Under the pieces are notes generated by a model that was not told the DNA's origin, made no database searches, and saw only the letters and a list, made by a program, of their open reading frames with translations. From Ignavibacteriota bacterium (GTDB lineage: Bacteria; Bacteroidota; Ignavibacteria; Palsa-1295), in the NCBI GenBank assembly GCA_963787835.1, contig CAWBEI010000002.1:1408001-1472000 (forward strand): 64,000 bases of DNA, read 5' to 3'. Positions 1-8,705 of the stretch are shown piece by piece (position 1 is the stretch's first letter; each line of letters begins with the position of its first letter). A program made the translations under genes and the position numbers.

Positions 1-187
1 CAACTAGGTATCCCGTATCGGGTTCAACCCAAAGATCCAGCTTCAGGTAATCGACATCAAAAGAGGAGTCTATATCGATCAATACCGTGTCAGGTTGGGA
101 CTGGGCACGGCAGGCGCTCTCGAAAAGCATAGCTGTCGAGGCAAGATGCACTAGAAGGATTAAAATAACAAGACGAACCAGACGCAT
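1..187 (-). CDS. Secreted protein, 5' part only; probable M1-family aminopeptidase
   Basis: Hand translation MRLVRLVILILLVHLASTAMLFESACRAQSQPD...FDVDYLKLDLWVEPDTGYLV: signal peptide, then an M1-like FDVxYxxLDLxVxP start; runs off the window. Confidence 0.5.
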   Translation of the reverse strand, partial: MRLVRLVILILLVHLASTAMLFESACRAQSQPDTVLIDIDSSFDVDYLKLDLWVEPDTGYLV

Positions 188-277
188 GTGTATTTCAAAT
201 GCTCTATGCTTCAAAATAATTCTCTTGGGGTGAATCTCTCGCAGTGCACTCCTGTTTCCGTGCTCTTCATGATAAAG

Positions 278-1309
278 ATGACTCTCGATTTCTTGCCCAT
301 TATTCACCTGATTCGCGAACATGATTCGTTTGCGATCACCACCCACGTCAATCCCGATGGAGATGCGCTCGGATCGGAGATCGGTCTCGCGGAATGGCTG
401 CTCTCGATTGGAAAAGGGGTTAGAGTCATCAATCACTCGGCCACGCCCTATAATTATACCTTTCTTGACACGCTCCATCCGATCGTTGTGCAATTCGATG
501 AAAAGAAACACCCTGCTATCATTGAGGACGTTGACGTTATTGTGGTGCTCGATGTCAACGATCCCGAACGGACTCGCTCGCTCGGTGCATTTCTTGTTAA
601 TGCAAAAAAGCCGGTAGTGGTCATAGATCATCACCTGAATCCAAAGGAATTCGCTACGGAATATTATATCGACTCCGAAGCTTGCTCCACGGGGGAACTG
701 ATCATGCGGCTTATTGCTGAAGCGGAGCCACTGCTTGGTGGTCGGGTCACGCCAAAAGCTGCACAGGCTCTCTACGCCGCCATTATGACCGATACCGGCA
801 GCTTCAAGTTCCCACGCACGACATCCGCCATTTTCCGCATGTGCGCCGACCTTCTCGATCTCGGAGCCGATCCCGTGAGCATTTACAACGAGATCTATAA
901 TACTTCTCCGCCCGGTCGTTTGGAGATCATTCGCGATGCTCTGAATTCGCTGGAATATCATTACGATGGCCGGATGGCATTCCAGTGCATTCTTCAATCG
1001 CAATTGCATGCTGCGAACGCCGATGAGGAGGATGTCGATGGCCTGGTGCAGTTCCCATTTCAGGTTAGGGGCATCGTGCTTTCCGTATTTTTACTCGAAT
1101 TAAAGCAAGGATGGAAAGTCTCCACGCGATCGAAGAATAATGTTTCGGCTGCAAATTTTGCCCAAACCTTTGGGGGTAATGGTCATTTCCATGCCGCTGG
1201 CGCGCGAGTGCCGGAAGCGCATTCTCTCGAAGAAATGAAACGATCCATTATAAAGAATGCCGGTACCATCCTCGCGGAGGCCGGTGTGCTAAACTCATCC
1301 CAGCCATGA
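278..1309 (+). CDS. nrnA: DHH/DHHA1 bifunctional oligoribonuclease/PAP phosphatase
   Basis: HVNPDGDALGS, VIDHH, TDTGSF and GGNGHFHAAG motifs; start approximate. Confidence 0.9.
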   Translation: MTLDFLPIIHLIREHDSFAITTHVNPDGDALGSEIGLAEWLLSIGKGVRVINHSATPYNYTFLDTLHPIVVQFDEKKHPAIIEDVDVIVVLDVNDPERTRSLGAFLVNAKKPVVVIDHHLNPKEFATEYYIDSEACSTGELIMRLIAEAEPLLGGRVTPKAAQALYAAIMTDTGSFKFPRTTSAIFRMCADLLDLGADPVSIYNEIYNTSPPGRLEIIRDALNSLEYHYDGRMAFQCILQSQLHAANADEEDVDGLVQFPFQVRGIVLSVFLLELKQGWKVSTRSKNNVSAANFAQTFGGNGHFHAAGARVPEAHSLEEMKRSIIKNAGTILAEAGVLNSSQP

Positions 1310-1393
1310 GCATCAGAACCGCTGTTCGCGAACTATTTTAGGGCATTGTCGGTATAGGGGTTTCCATTTTCAAAGAATTGATCCTGACTCGTT

Positions 1394-1807
1394 TTGGCTA
1401 AATCTCTCAAACTTCAATTAGTAACGCCCGACCGCTCCATCTTCGAAGGTGACGTCGATGAATTTACTGTTCCTGGCGCCGTTGGGCCATTTACCGTACT
1501 CTTCAATCACAGTCCGATCGTATCTGCGCTTGTTGCTGGACTCTTTCACTGGAAAGAAAACGGGAAAGAGTCAAAACTCCTGCTTGGTGGCGGATTTCTC
1601 GAATTTCACGAAAATACCGGTGTCGTACTGGCCAGTTCCGCCGAGCGTATCGAAGATATCGATGAAGCCCGGGCCGAGCGATCATTAGCCAGAGCTGAAG
1701 AGCGTCTTCAGCATGCCGTCGATGGTACCATCGACTACGACCGTGCCCGCGCCTCCCGCGACCGAGCTAAAGCTCGTATCGCAGCGAAGCACCCGATCCG
1801 AGGATAA
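1394..1807 (+). CDS. atpC: F1F0 ATP synthase epsilon subunit
   Basis: LQLVTPDR, HSPIVSAL, GGGFLE, AERIEDIDEARA; TTG start. Confidence 0.92.
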   Translation: MAKSLKLQLVTPDRSIFEGDVDEFTVPGAVGPFTVLFNHSPIVSALVAGLFHWKENGKESKLLLGGGFLEFHENTGVVLASSAERIEDIDEARAERSLARAEERLQHAVDGTIDYDRARASRDRAKARIAAKHPIRG

Positions 1808-1812
1808 TATTT

Positions 1813-2394
1813 CTACTGCTTTTCAGCAGTAACATTGACGAGGTTCATCGCCTTCTGAATTCCCGAATCTGCAATTTCGAAGCAAGCTACCGCTGCGCGC
1901 TCGATCATCTCTTCTGCTGTTTTGATCTCATCCGGCTTAAAGCGCGATAGCACATAATTCACCTGATCTCCTCGCCGAAAATTCGAGCCGATCCCGCATC
2001 GCAGTCTCGCAAAATCTTCGGTTCCCAATTCGTAGATAATAGAGGCCAATCCATTATGGCCGCCATCGGAGCCTGATAGCCGAAGTCGTAAGGCGCCCAT
2101 CGGTATAGCAAGATCATCGGCGATGACCACCACATTACGGATGGGAACCTTGTAAAACTGCATCGCATCCCGCACGGCCCGGCCTGACAGATTCATGTAG
2201 GTCGTGGGCTTTATCAGCAGAACCTCCTCGGAACCGCGCCAGCCCTTGGCAAAATAATATTCACCTTTGCCGGCGCGCCACCCGGAGGAGCGTTCCATTT
2301 TTTGCTCGACACGTTCCAGGACCTCGAATCCGACATTATGCCGTGTTCCGGCATATTCTCGGCCAATATTACCAAGGCCAGCAAATAGCCACAT
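1813..2394 (-). CDS. pth: Peptidyl-tRNA hydrolase
   Basis: GLGNIG, TRHNVGF, KPTTYMNLSG, GGHNGL. Confidence 0.97.
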   Translation of the reverse strand: MWLFAGLGNIGREYAGTRHNVGFEVLERVEQKMERSSGWRAGKGEYYFAKGWRGSEEVLLIKPTTYMNLSGRAVRDAMQFYKVPIRNVVVIADDLAIPMGALRLRLSGSDGGHNGLASIIYELGTEDFARLRCGIGSNFRRGDQVNYVLSRFKPDEIKTAEEMIERAAVACFEIADSGIQKAMNLVNVTAEKQ

Positions 2395-2400
2395 GCGTTA

Positions 2401-3069
2401 TCACTTCTTGTCGCTTTTTCCCTTTTCAGCAGGAGCTTCTTCCTCTTCCTTCTTACCCTTGGCCTTGATCTGCTCTGGTTCGGTGATCGCAGCTTCCGTT
2501 GCGGTCGTCGTTTCTTCAGCAGATTTCGGCGGAGCGATCGTCACGATAACGGAATGGGAATCGGTGGTGACCGTATAGTTCGGATTTACCGGAAGATCGC
2601 TCACATGTAGCGAGTGGTTGATCTTCAAATTGCTGACATCCAGATCGATATGCGAGGGGATCGAAGCCGGCAACACTTCGATCGAAAGCTTATGAAGCAC
2701 AAAATCGAGCACACCGCCATCTTTCACGCCGGGTGCGCTTCCAATGATCTTCACCGGTACATCGATGCGGATCTTCTCATCGGCATGAAGCAGGATGAGG
2801 TCGATATGGCTCACCCGGTCCGTCACGGGATGAAACTGCACCTCGCGGAGGACGCAGCTATTCGGTTTGCCATCGAGCACAAGGTTGACGGTATGCGTAT
2901 CCGGAGTGAAGATGAGCGGACGCAGATCCAGCTCTTTCACATGAAACGGAATGCTGGCCTCGCCGTGGCCATAAAGAATGCCTGGTACTCGGCCATTTTG
3001 CCGAAGCTGAAGTGCGGTCGAGCCGCCTAATTTGGTACGCGGTTCCGCGTTGATCGTTAATTGTGCCAT
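2401..3069 (-). CDS. rplY: 50S ribosomal protein bL25/Ctc
   Basis: VPGILYG, EVQFHPV, HIDL, GVKDGG; adjacent to pth. Confidence 0.96.
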   Translation of the reverse strand: MAQLTINAEPRTKLGGSTALQLRQNGRVPGILYGHGEASIPFHVKELDLRPLIFTPDTHTVNLVLDGKPNSCVLREVQFHPVTDRVSHIDLILLHADEKIRIDVPVKIIGSAPGVKDGGVLDFVLHKLSIEVLPASIPSHIDLDVSNLKINHSLHVSDLPVNPNYTVTTDSHSVIVTIAPPKSAEETTTATEAAITEPEQIKAKGKKEEEEAPAEKGKSDKK

Positions 3070-3237
3070 TGTGATCTATCAGCCGCTGCACACTTACGTC
3101 CCAGGAGCAACCTCACGATTGATCCGATAAGGAGCAGTGCCCAACAGCGCTGGTGGAAAATATCCAAAGGCGAAGCCTCTGGCGTTAAAAGTGAGCCTCG
3201 AAAGCAATTTTAACCCTACTTTGGTTCACCACTCCCC

Positions 3238-3404
3238 ATCCTTTCCTGAATCCTCTTAATCCTGCGAATCCTTGTCAAAATCCTCACCCCGTCCCCATCC
3301 TTCCCTAATCCTGAAAATCCTGAAAATCGTGGTCAATCCGGTGAATCGTGGTCCATTTTCCCCATCCCATAAATCCCAAAAATCTCATAAATCATGGTTC
3401 AGAC
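3238..3404. repeat. Three blocks of imperfect ~9-bp tandem repeats (AATCCTG core)
   Basis: aatcctctt aatcctgcg aatccttgt / aatcctgaa aatcctgaa aatcgtggt / atcccataa atcccaaaa atctcataa atcatggtt. Confidence 0.85.
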
Positions 3405-3539
3405 TATTTCCCTCGGAAACAGGTGCCATTTCTTTTTCTTGCGAGTTCCCGATGAACCCTCGTTTCCGAGCTGTTTTCGCCATTCGTTCTATATGAAAAT
3501 CAAAATCCATTTTCTCAAAGGACTGGTTCATAATGAAAG

Positions 3540-4325
3540 CTATAATAATTCGTTCATCTCTACCTCCATAAGCCTCTTGACCCACGACCGGTGTTCCCAA
3601 TCCTCCGTGATGTGCCAGATCGACCGTGCATACGCCGAGAGCATCCCAAGTGCTCCGCGGCCGCCGCTGTAAGGCAAGATCGGACGAAGCTCGTGCGAGA
3701 ACACAAATACCGATAATCCCAGGCGGTGCCTAAGGTCCAGCAGCGAACCCGCAAGCTGTTTTTTCTGAAGGTCGGAATACGCAGCGAACTCCAGCGAGTT
3801 CACCAGCACGATGCTCGCGTTATTTCGGACGATCTCCAGTTCCAGAGATTCCGGCGTCAGCGTCGAGCTCGGGCAATCGACGATGCTAAGGTTTTCCGGC
3901 GAGGGAAGATCGACGGAATCGTCGAAATGCTCTTTGGTAACCTTCGGAAGGTATCGCTCGAACGACGTCGGCGATTTCATGCCAAGGTAATAGAGTGCGC
4001 GCGCAAAACCTGCCGTCATAAGGTCCGCGCTGGCGTAGGTATTGAAGAGCACCACGTTCCGGTCCGGATATTTTTGTGCCAGGAACAGCGCGACCGTTCC
4101 CGCGATCTCCGCCGAACGCTGGATGGATCGGCCCAGCACCAGCGTAACCTCGCCCGAATAAGCGTGGTACTGCTGCATATCTCGGTTATATGTAATAAGC
4201 CGTTCCGGCTTATGCTCTGCCTTCGCGATCGCCGCTTCGAAAACTTGCATAAGCCGCAGCGGCAGTGGCCGATGACCAACAGTTGCTGCATCTGATCCGA
4301 TTGTGGTAGCTGGTTCGAGTATCAT
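3540..4325 (-). CDS. Hypothetical protein with a degenerate RecA/DnaB-C-like P-loop fold
   Basis: GEVTLVLGRSIQRS at the Walker A position without GKT; IVLVNSL at Walker B without Asp; LGLSVFVFSH. Confidence 0.55.
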   Translation of the reverse strand: MILEPATTIGSDAATVGHRPLPLRLMQVFEAAIAKAEHKPERLITYNRDMQQYHAYSGEVTLVLGRSIQRSAEIAGTVALFLAQKYPDRNVVLFNTYASADLMTAGFARALYYLGMKSPTSFERYLPKVTKEHFDDSVDLPSPENLSIVDCPSSTLTPESLELEIVRNNASIVLVNSLEFAAYSDLQKKQLAGSLLDLRHRLGLSVFVFSHELRPILPYSGGRGALGMLSAYARSIWHITEDWEHRSWVKRLMEVEMNELL

Positions 4326-4515
4326 GGTGTTGTCCTATCTAAAAATGTGTTAAAAAATAGTGCTTTTTACCGCACCTAGCACATAAAAGCACCATATAAC
4401 TCAAAACGTTCGCACAAATATCAAAAATATCAAAATTTCTTTGGGAAATAGGTGCCCATGGGGAAAATTGGGCAGGGACACAAACCATGCGACGGGAAGC
4501 ATACAAAAGCAGGCT

Positions 4516-5382
4516 TCAAACAACCACCGGTGAATTAAGAAGCTTCATCGATCGTGAATATTGCAATTTATCAGAAAAAATTAGCACTTCTTTACCAATC
4601 CTATTAGATGCACACTGAGACAGATTATGCGCAACTGTTTTGTATTCAGAATATAAGTTTAGGATAAATGGCTGATTGTCATAAGAGACGAGCCATCGTT
4701 TTTTGAGCTTTGACACATGCCTGGATAACGCTTTGTGGTCCTTTTCAGTATAGAAGTTCATATATAGATCTGCACCCTTGCAAAAATACGGAGGATCGAG
4801 GAAAATCAGAATTTGTTCATTCATCTTATCTAAGCGCCTCAAAAAATCAATACCATCATTATCCGAAAGCACGATTCGATCTTTAAGATTCGCAATTTTT
4901 TGGATGCGATGAATAAGGTCTTGTTTATTAAACCGTGCATCGATCTTGTAGCTCCCGTGCTGATCGAGGCCTCCAATAATTCCACCCTTAATAATTCCCG
5001 AAACGTTCGTGCGATTTAGAAAAAAAAATGCCTGTGCTACTTCGAATTCGGATGCGCTTTCATTGTAGATTAGCTCCTTGTAGTATTTCCATCGCTTCAC
5101 GTCAACTTTAACATTTTTAATCCATTTACAAAAATCATCCGGCTCGCTAAGGATGCTCTTCCAAAAAGAATGCACGGATCTGTCGATGTCGTTGAGATAA
5201 ATTTTTTCAACGTAACCCTCGAACAATAGCCTCAGAGCTAAACCAGAACCACCTGCGTATGGCTCAGCGTAGCTCAGGCCAATCAGATCGTTTTCATAAA
5301 ACAATTTAGCCACAAAAGGGAAAATGCATCCCTTCCCGCCCGGATATCGCAAAGGCGAATAAATATGCCTATTGTTTGCCAT
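4516..5382 (-). CDS. DNA adenine methyltransferase (Dam/D12 class)
   Basis: SPLRYPGGK, YAEPYAGG, FFFLNRT and catalytic DPPY. Confidence 0.93.
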   Translation of the reverse strand: MANNRHIYSPLRYPGGKGCIFPFVAKLFYENDLIGLSYAEPYAGGSGLALRLLFEGYVEKIYLNDIDRSVHSFWKSILSEPDDFCKWIKNVKVDVKRWKYYKELIYNESASEFEVAQAFFFLNRTNVSGIIKGGIIGGLDQHGSYKIDARFNKQDLIHRIQKIANLKDRIVLSDNDGIDFLRRLDKMNEQILIFLDPPYFCKGADLYMNFYTEKDHKALSRHVSKLKKRWLVSYDNQPFILNLYSEYKTVAHNLSQCASNRIGKEVLIFSDKLQYSRSMKLLNSPVVV

Positions 5383-6618
5383 GACTTATCGTCAGCATTT
5401 CACCAAGGATGATCGAAATTGCAAGTGTTTGTTGAATGTTCCTAGATGTCGAGTAACTATGTGCTCCTATATGAAGTAAGCGCACCAAACTCGAATCACT
5501 AACAATTTGAGTGGATAAAAATGTCCTATCTTCTTTGGATAATTCAGATTTTCCTTCACTGAAATACTTTTTTACATAGGCATCGATTCCTTCGCTACCG
5601 GCCGCTACTTCAGAGAGTAGCCGAAGCGACATTCTAATTAGGCCAGGAAATGCTGGTGAGAAATTCTTCTTTGGGGCATTTATGTCAGCTTCATAGTAAC
5701 TGTATAATTTTGTGATATCACAATATAAATCGTTGATATCGCCGTACTTCAATTGCAATTTTTTACCAAAGAAAATACGGCCGCTTTCTTTTGTTCGTTT
5801 CGTTAGTCGTAAACTGGCTTTCATTTGCTCATCTTTTTTTTGTTTGAAAAATAGATTAGCAAGTTTTGGTTTTTTACTTTTATTTTCTTCAATAATTCTT
5901 TTTGATTCCGGTTCTAAGACAGCTAAAATATCACCTCTCTTTTCTCTTGTCGAAATCTCCTCATCTTCAATTTTCTTTGAAAGATCACTGAGTATAGTCT
6001 TCGCTTGGAGGCTATTATGTACTGTAAGCAGCTTATCTCCCTCAACGCTGAATCCAATCTTGGCCAGGTTCTCCTTTTAAATATTTCGTCTTTGACGAAT
6101 CCTTTATTAAGGTGTTTATTAGCGCCAATTAAGCCCGTACTCTCCTCAATTAAAAGAAAAGGGCTTTTGGGATGACCCATGAATTTATGAAGGAACATAT
6201 CGCGCTCTAAGGGATCCCAAGAGCCCGTTCCAGCATGTTTACGATAAACATTCTCCAATGCAATTTCTTTGACGCAAACATTGCATGGAATATCTGCGGG
6301 AAAAAAGTCAGGAATGAGTCCTGGATTAAAACCGCTCGCTTTTACTAAACCATGCTTAATTTTTCCTAAAATAACACGTCGGTTGCCGTCATAGACAATC
6401 GGCTTTCCGGTGTGATAGACAACTGTTGGCAATTCGCTGAAATCGTAGCGCTTTCCCATAGCGCGTGCGAGCTTAGAGATGTTCCACTTCGTTGCCTCTG
6501 CTCCCAAAGCTCTGTCCACGATATCTTGGTCACTTGCGTTGACATCAATCGGGTCACGCGGATTTTCAGTCCACAGAACCAAATCTTTGATTTTTATTGA
6601 TTTTACTTCTTGATCCAT
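5369..6618 (-). pseudogene. ParB/Srx-like N-terminus fused to a HEPN-like C-terminus (~416 aa), split by a 1-nt deletion at ~6075-6078
   Basis: LWTENPR...PIVYDGNRR in ORF 5923..6618. Adding one A at TTTAAAAG gives a stop-free frame (KENLAKIGFSVEGDK...) into ORF 5369..5824, which has SLRLLSE and RLLHIGAH. Confidence 0.7.
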
Positions 6619-6687
6619 AATCGTTTGGGTTTTTCAGCCAATAATAATTTTCCTCGCCATTATCTTCAAGCACATAAGAACAACAAA

Positions 6688-7455
6688 TTAGATGTCATTC
6701 TCGATTTGTTCGTAAGTTAGTATCCTGCTTGAAAGAAGAGCCATCTCGTCCGGATGATAACCAAACATTAGCATCTTTTTGTCTCTAATAAATTTGATGA
6801 GTTTCTTCACATCATCATCATCTTCAACTATTAGGTACCTTACGTCATCTGGGTCGTAGCCCAACTTAAATTTACTTGGAATCATTTTATTATACTTCTC
6901 TTTCCAATCACCTTCAATTATTTTCGAACTGAGATGCGACAACTGATAAAGTGAGTCTGGGAACTCTGGGACATATCTCCATTCTCTTTCATCGGCGAAT
7001 AGGTAATTATTTTGAATTAATTTCCCTTTACGCATCAACTTGCCCTGATAATGTTTTAAAAAAGACTGAAGCCGAAAGAACTTTTTGTATTCTTCATAAT
7101 CGTCCATATTAGTACTAAGGTTCGTTCTGAAAGAATGTGTCTCAAGACCGTCGAGGTAATCAGGAATTAACCTATTCTTCTCATTAATGTAAAAAACGGG
7201 GTGCAATCCTTTTTCTGTGGCCCAACTTTTTCTTAATCCAATCCCATAATGACCATAGTTATCCATGTGCTTTTCTAGCTCTGAAACTCTGAGATCACAA
7301 AATGAAACCATCGGCACAGCAAACTCATTGTCATTCCTGCCCGATCTCCTAATTGTTTCCTTAGCATAAGACGGTTTGAACCCCTCTGTCAAAATTTTCT
7401 TCAGGCTCCCAAATTTGCGTGTAAAGTGAAATACGATGCTGGGGTAGAGTGCCAT
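6688..7455 (-). CDS. AbiGi-family (ADP-ribosyltransferase-like) abortive infection protein
   Basis: FHFT, ILxEGFxPSY, PMVSFCD, YGHYGIG, GLHPVFY and EREWRY motifs. Confidence 0.8.
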   Translation of the reverse strand: MALYPSIVFHFTRKFGSLKKILTEGFKPSYAKETIRRSGRNDNEFAVPMVSFCDLRVSELEKHMDNYGHYGIGLRKSWATEKGLHPVFYINEKNRLIPDYLDGLETHSFRTNLSTNMDDYEEYKKFFRLQSFLKHYQGKLMRKGKLIQNNYLFADEREWRYVPEFPDSLYQLSHLSSKIIEGDWKEKYNKMIPSKFKLGYDPDDVRYLIVEDDDDVKKLIKFIRDKKMLMFGYHPDEMALLSSRILTYEQIENDI

Positions 7456-7628
7456 TTTCTGGTAACTTTATTTTGTATTAGTCTTCGAATCACAGCTACA
7501 GGGTGTCGAAACCTTATGGGGTATTGCTTCGAAATTCTGCTAACACCCTGTGCACCTATTGTGGGTTCCGTGCAACCCTAAATGGCGCTTGTTTATGAAT
7601 CCTCCTGCTGTGGCCGCCCGCGTTTCTT

Positions 7629-7849
7629 AGCTCCGTAGGAGCGTAATATTTGTAGCCCCCGGTTTCAACCGGGGGTTAAGAAACGCAAATCGAATTAAAG
7701 CTCCGTAGAGCCTGTCCTGAGCCTGTCGAAGGAAGCGGCATATTTTTCATCAGAGCATATTTCGCTCCTAACGGAGCTTGATATGCGTTGTTGTCACCAT
7801 ACCGTGGGTTGAAACCCACGGCTACAAATATTACGCTCCTAACGGAGCT
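7629..7849. repeat. Composite REP/BIME-like palindrome cluster
   Basis: gctccgtaggagcgtaatatttgtagcccccggtttcaaccggggg is inverted against ccgtgggttgaaacccacggctacaaatattacgctcctaacggagc; inner gctccgtag/ctcctaacggagc pair; GTAG-foot hairpins. Confidence 0.85.
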
Positions 7850-7932
7850 TCCATCCAAGGTAGCTAAAATCGGTTCAAAATCGTCATTTCTTTAAATTCC
7901 TATAAAATTATGGTCAAAAAGCAGTGACCAGG

Positions 7933-7959
7933 TGTAACCTTTTGGCTTTTCGCGGGTCT
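7933..7959 (+). promoter_or_regulatory. Putative ECF-sigma autoregulatory promoter
   Basis: TGTAAC-N16-GGTCT about 10 nt upstream of the ECF sigma ATG at 7969; fits the AAC...GTC ECF promoter pattern. Confidence 0.55.
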
Positions 7960-7968
7960 TCCTTATAG

Positions 7969-8685
7969 ATGCACAGAGCTTCAAGGATAGGTTATGGCGT
8001 TTCCGAGGTTGGCAGAGCGAAAAGCGTTCCTGCCGCCGGTTCGCCGTTGCCCGGTGCATACTCAGATGAAGCGCCTCTCTCGGCGAATTCAAAATCGGAT
8101 CCGGATGAGGTCAAGAAGCAGGCATTCCTTGCAGGAAGCGATGAGGCGTTCCTCGAACTGTATGCAAAGTACGAGCACTCGCTATTCTACTACTGCAAGC
8201 GCATGATGCATAACGAGGCCGCCGCTGAGGATGCATTTCAGGAGATCTGGACTCGTATCTTCGAGCTTCGCAAGAAGAAGAATGGTACGATCACGCATTT
8301 CCGCGGCTTGCTTTTTCATAGCGCCCGGAATCTCTGCCTGAACAACCTGCACACCGAACTCCACGAGGATAGCATCGAGGATAAAATGTTCGAAGGTGAG
8401 GAACAGGCGGAGTTCGTGCTCACGGAGCCAATGACCCGCGCAGCCTCCGGCCGCGAGATCCAGGCGCTGATGGTGCGGGCGCTCGCAAAGCTGCCGTTCG
8501 ATCAGCGCGAGACGTTCGTGCTGCATGAGTATTCCGGCTTCACCTTCGGCGAGATCGCAGAAATGATGTCGGTACCGGAAGCGAATGTGAAGGTTCGCGC
8601 ACATCGCGCACGCGCACGTTTACGAAAGTTTATTCAAGGTTGGCTCGGCCTCGGTGAGGACGACGATCCGTCAAATTATATTTAG
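7969..8685 (+). CDS. ECF RNA polymerase sigma-70 factor
   Basis: AEDAFQEIW (region 2), LPFDQRETFVL...EIAEMM...VKVRAHRAR (region 4). Confidence 0.93.
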   Translation: MHRASRIGYGVSEVGRAKSVPAAGSPLPGAYSDEAPLSANSKSDPDEVKKQAFLAGSDEAFLELYAKYEHSLFYYCKRMMHNEAAAEDAFQEIWTRIFELRKKKNGTITHFRGLLFHSARNLCLNNLHTELHEDSIEDKMFEGEEQAEFVLTEPMTRAASGREIQALMVRALAKLPFDQRETFVLHEYSGFTFGEIAEMMSVPEANVKVRAHRARARLRKFIQGWLGLGEDDDPSNYI

Positions 8686-8705
8686 CAGTTTGCCCACTAA
8701 CATTA

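Noticed and set aside
3272-3496. ORF containing ILKILKI
   Set aside because: It is a translation of the 9-mer repeat array.
6070-6085. Programmed -1 ribosomal frameshift in ParB-HEPN or mraZ
   Set aside because: There is no in-frame X XXY YYZ heptamer, and the -1 frame has TAA immediately before the junction; an indel error is simpler.
7498-7551. IS/MITE end at the island border (acagggtgt...acaccctgt)
   Set aside because: It is only a 9-bp inverted repeat, with no transposase, target duplication or second copy.
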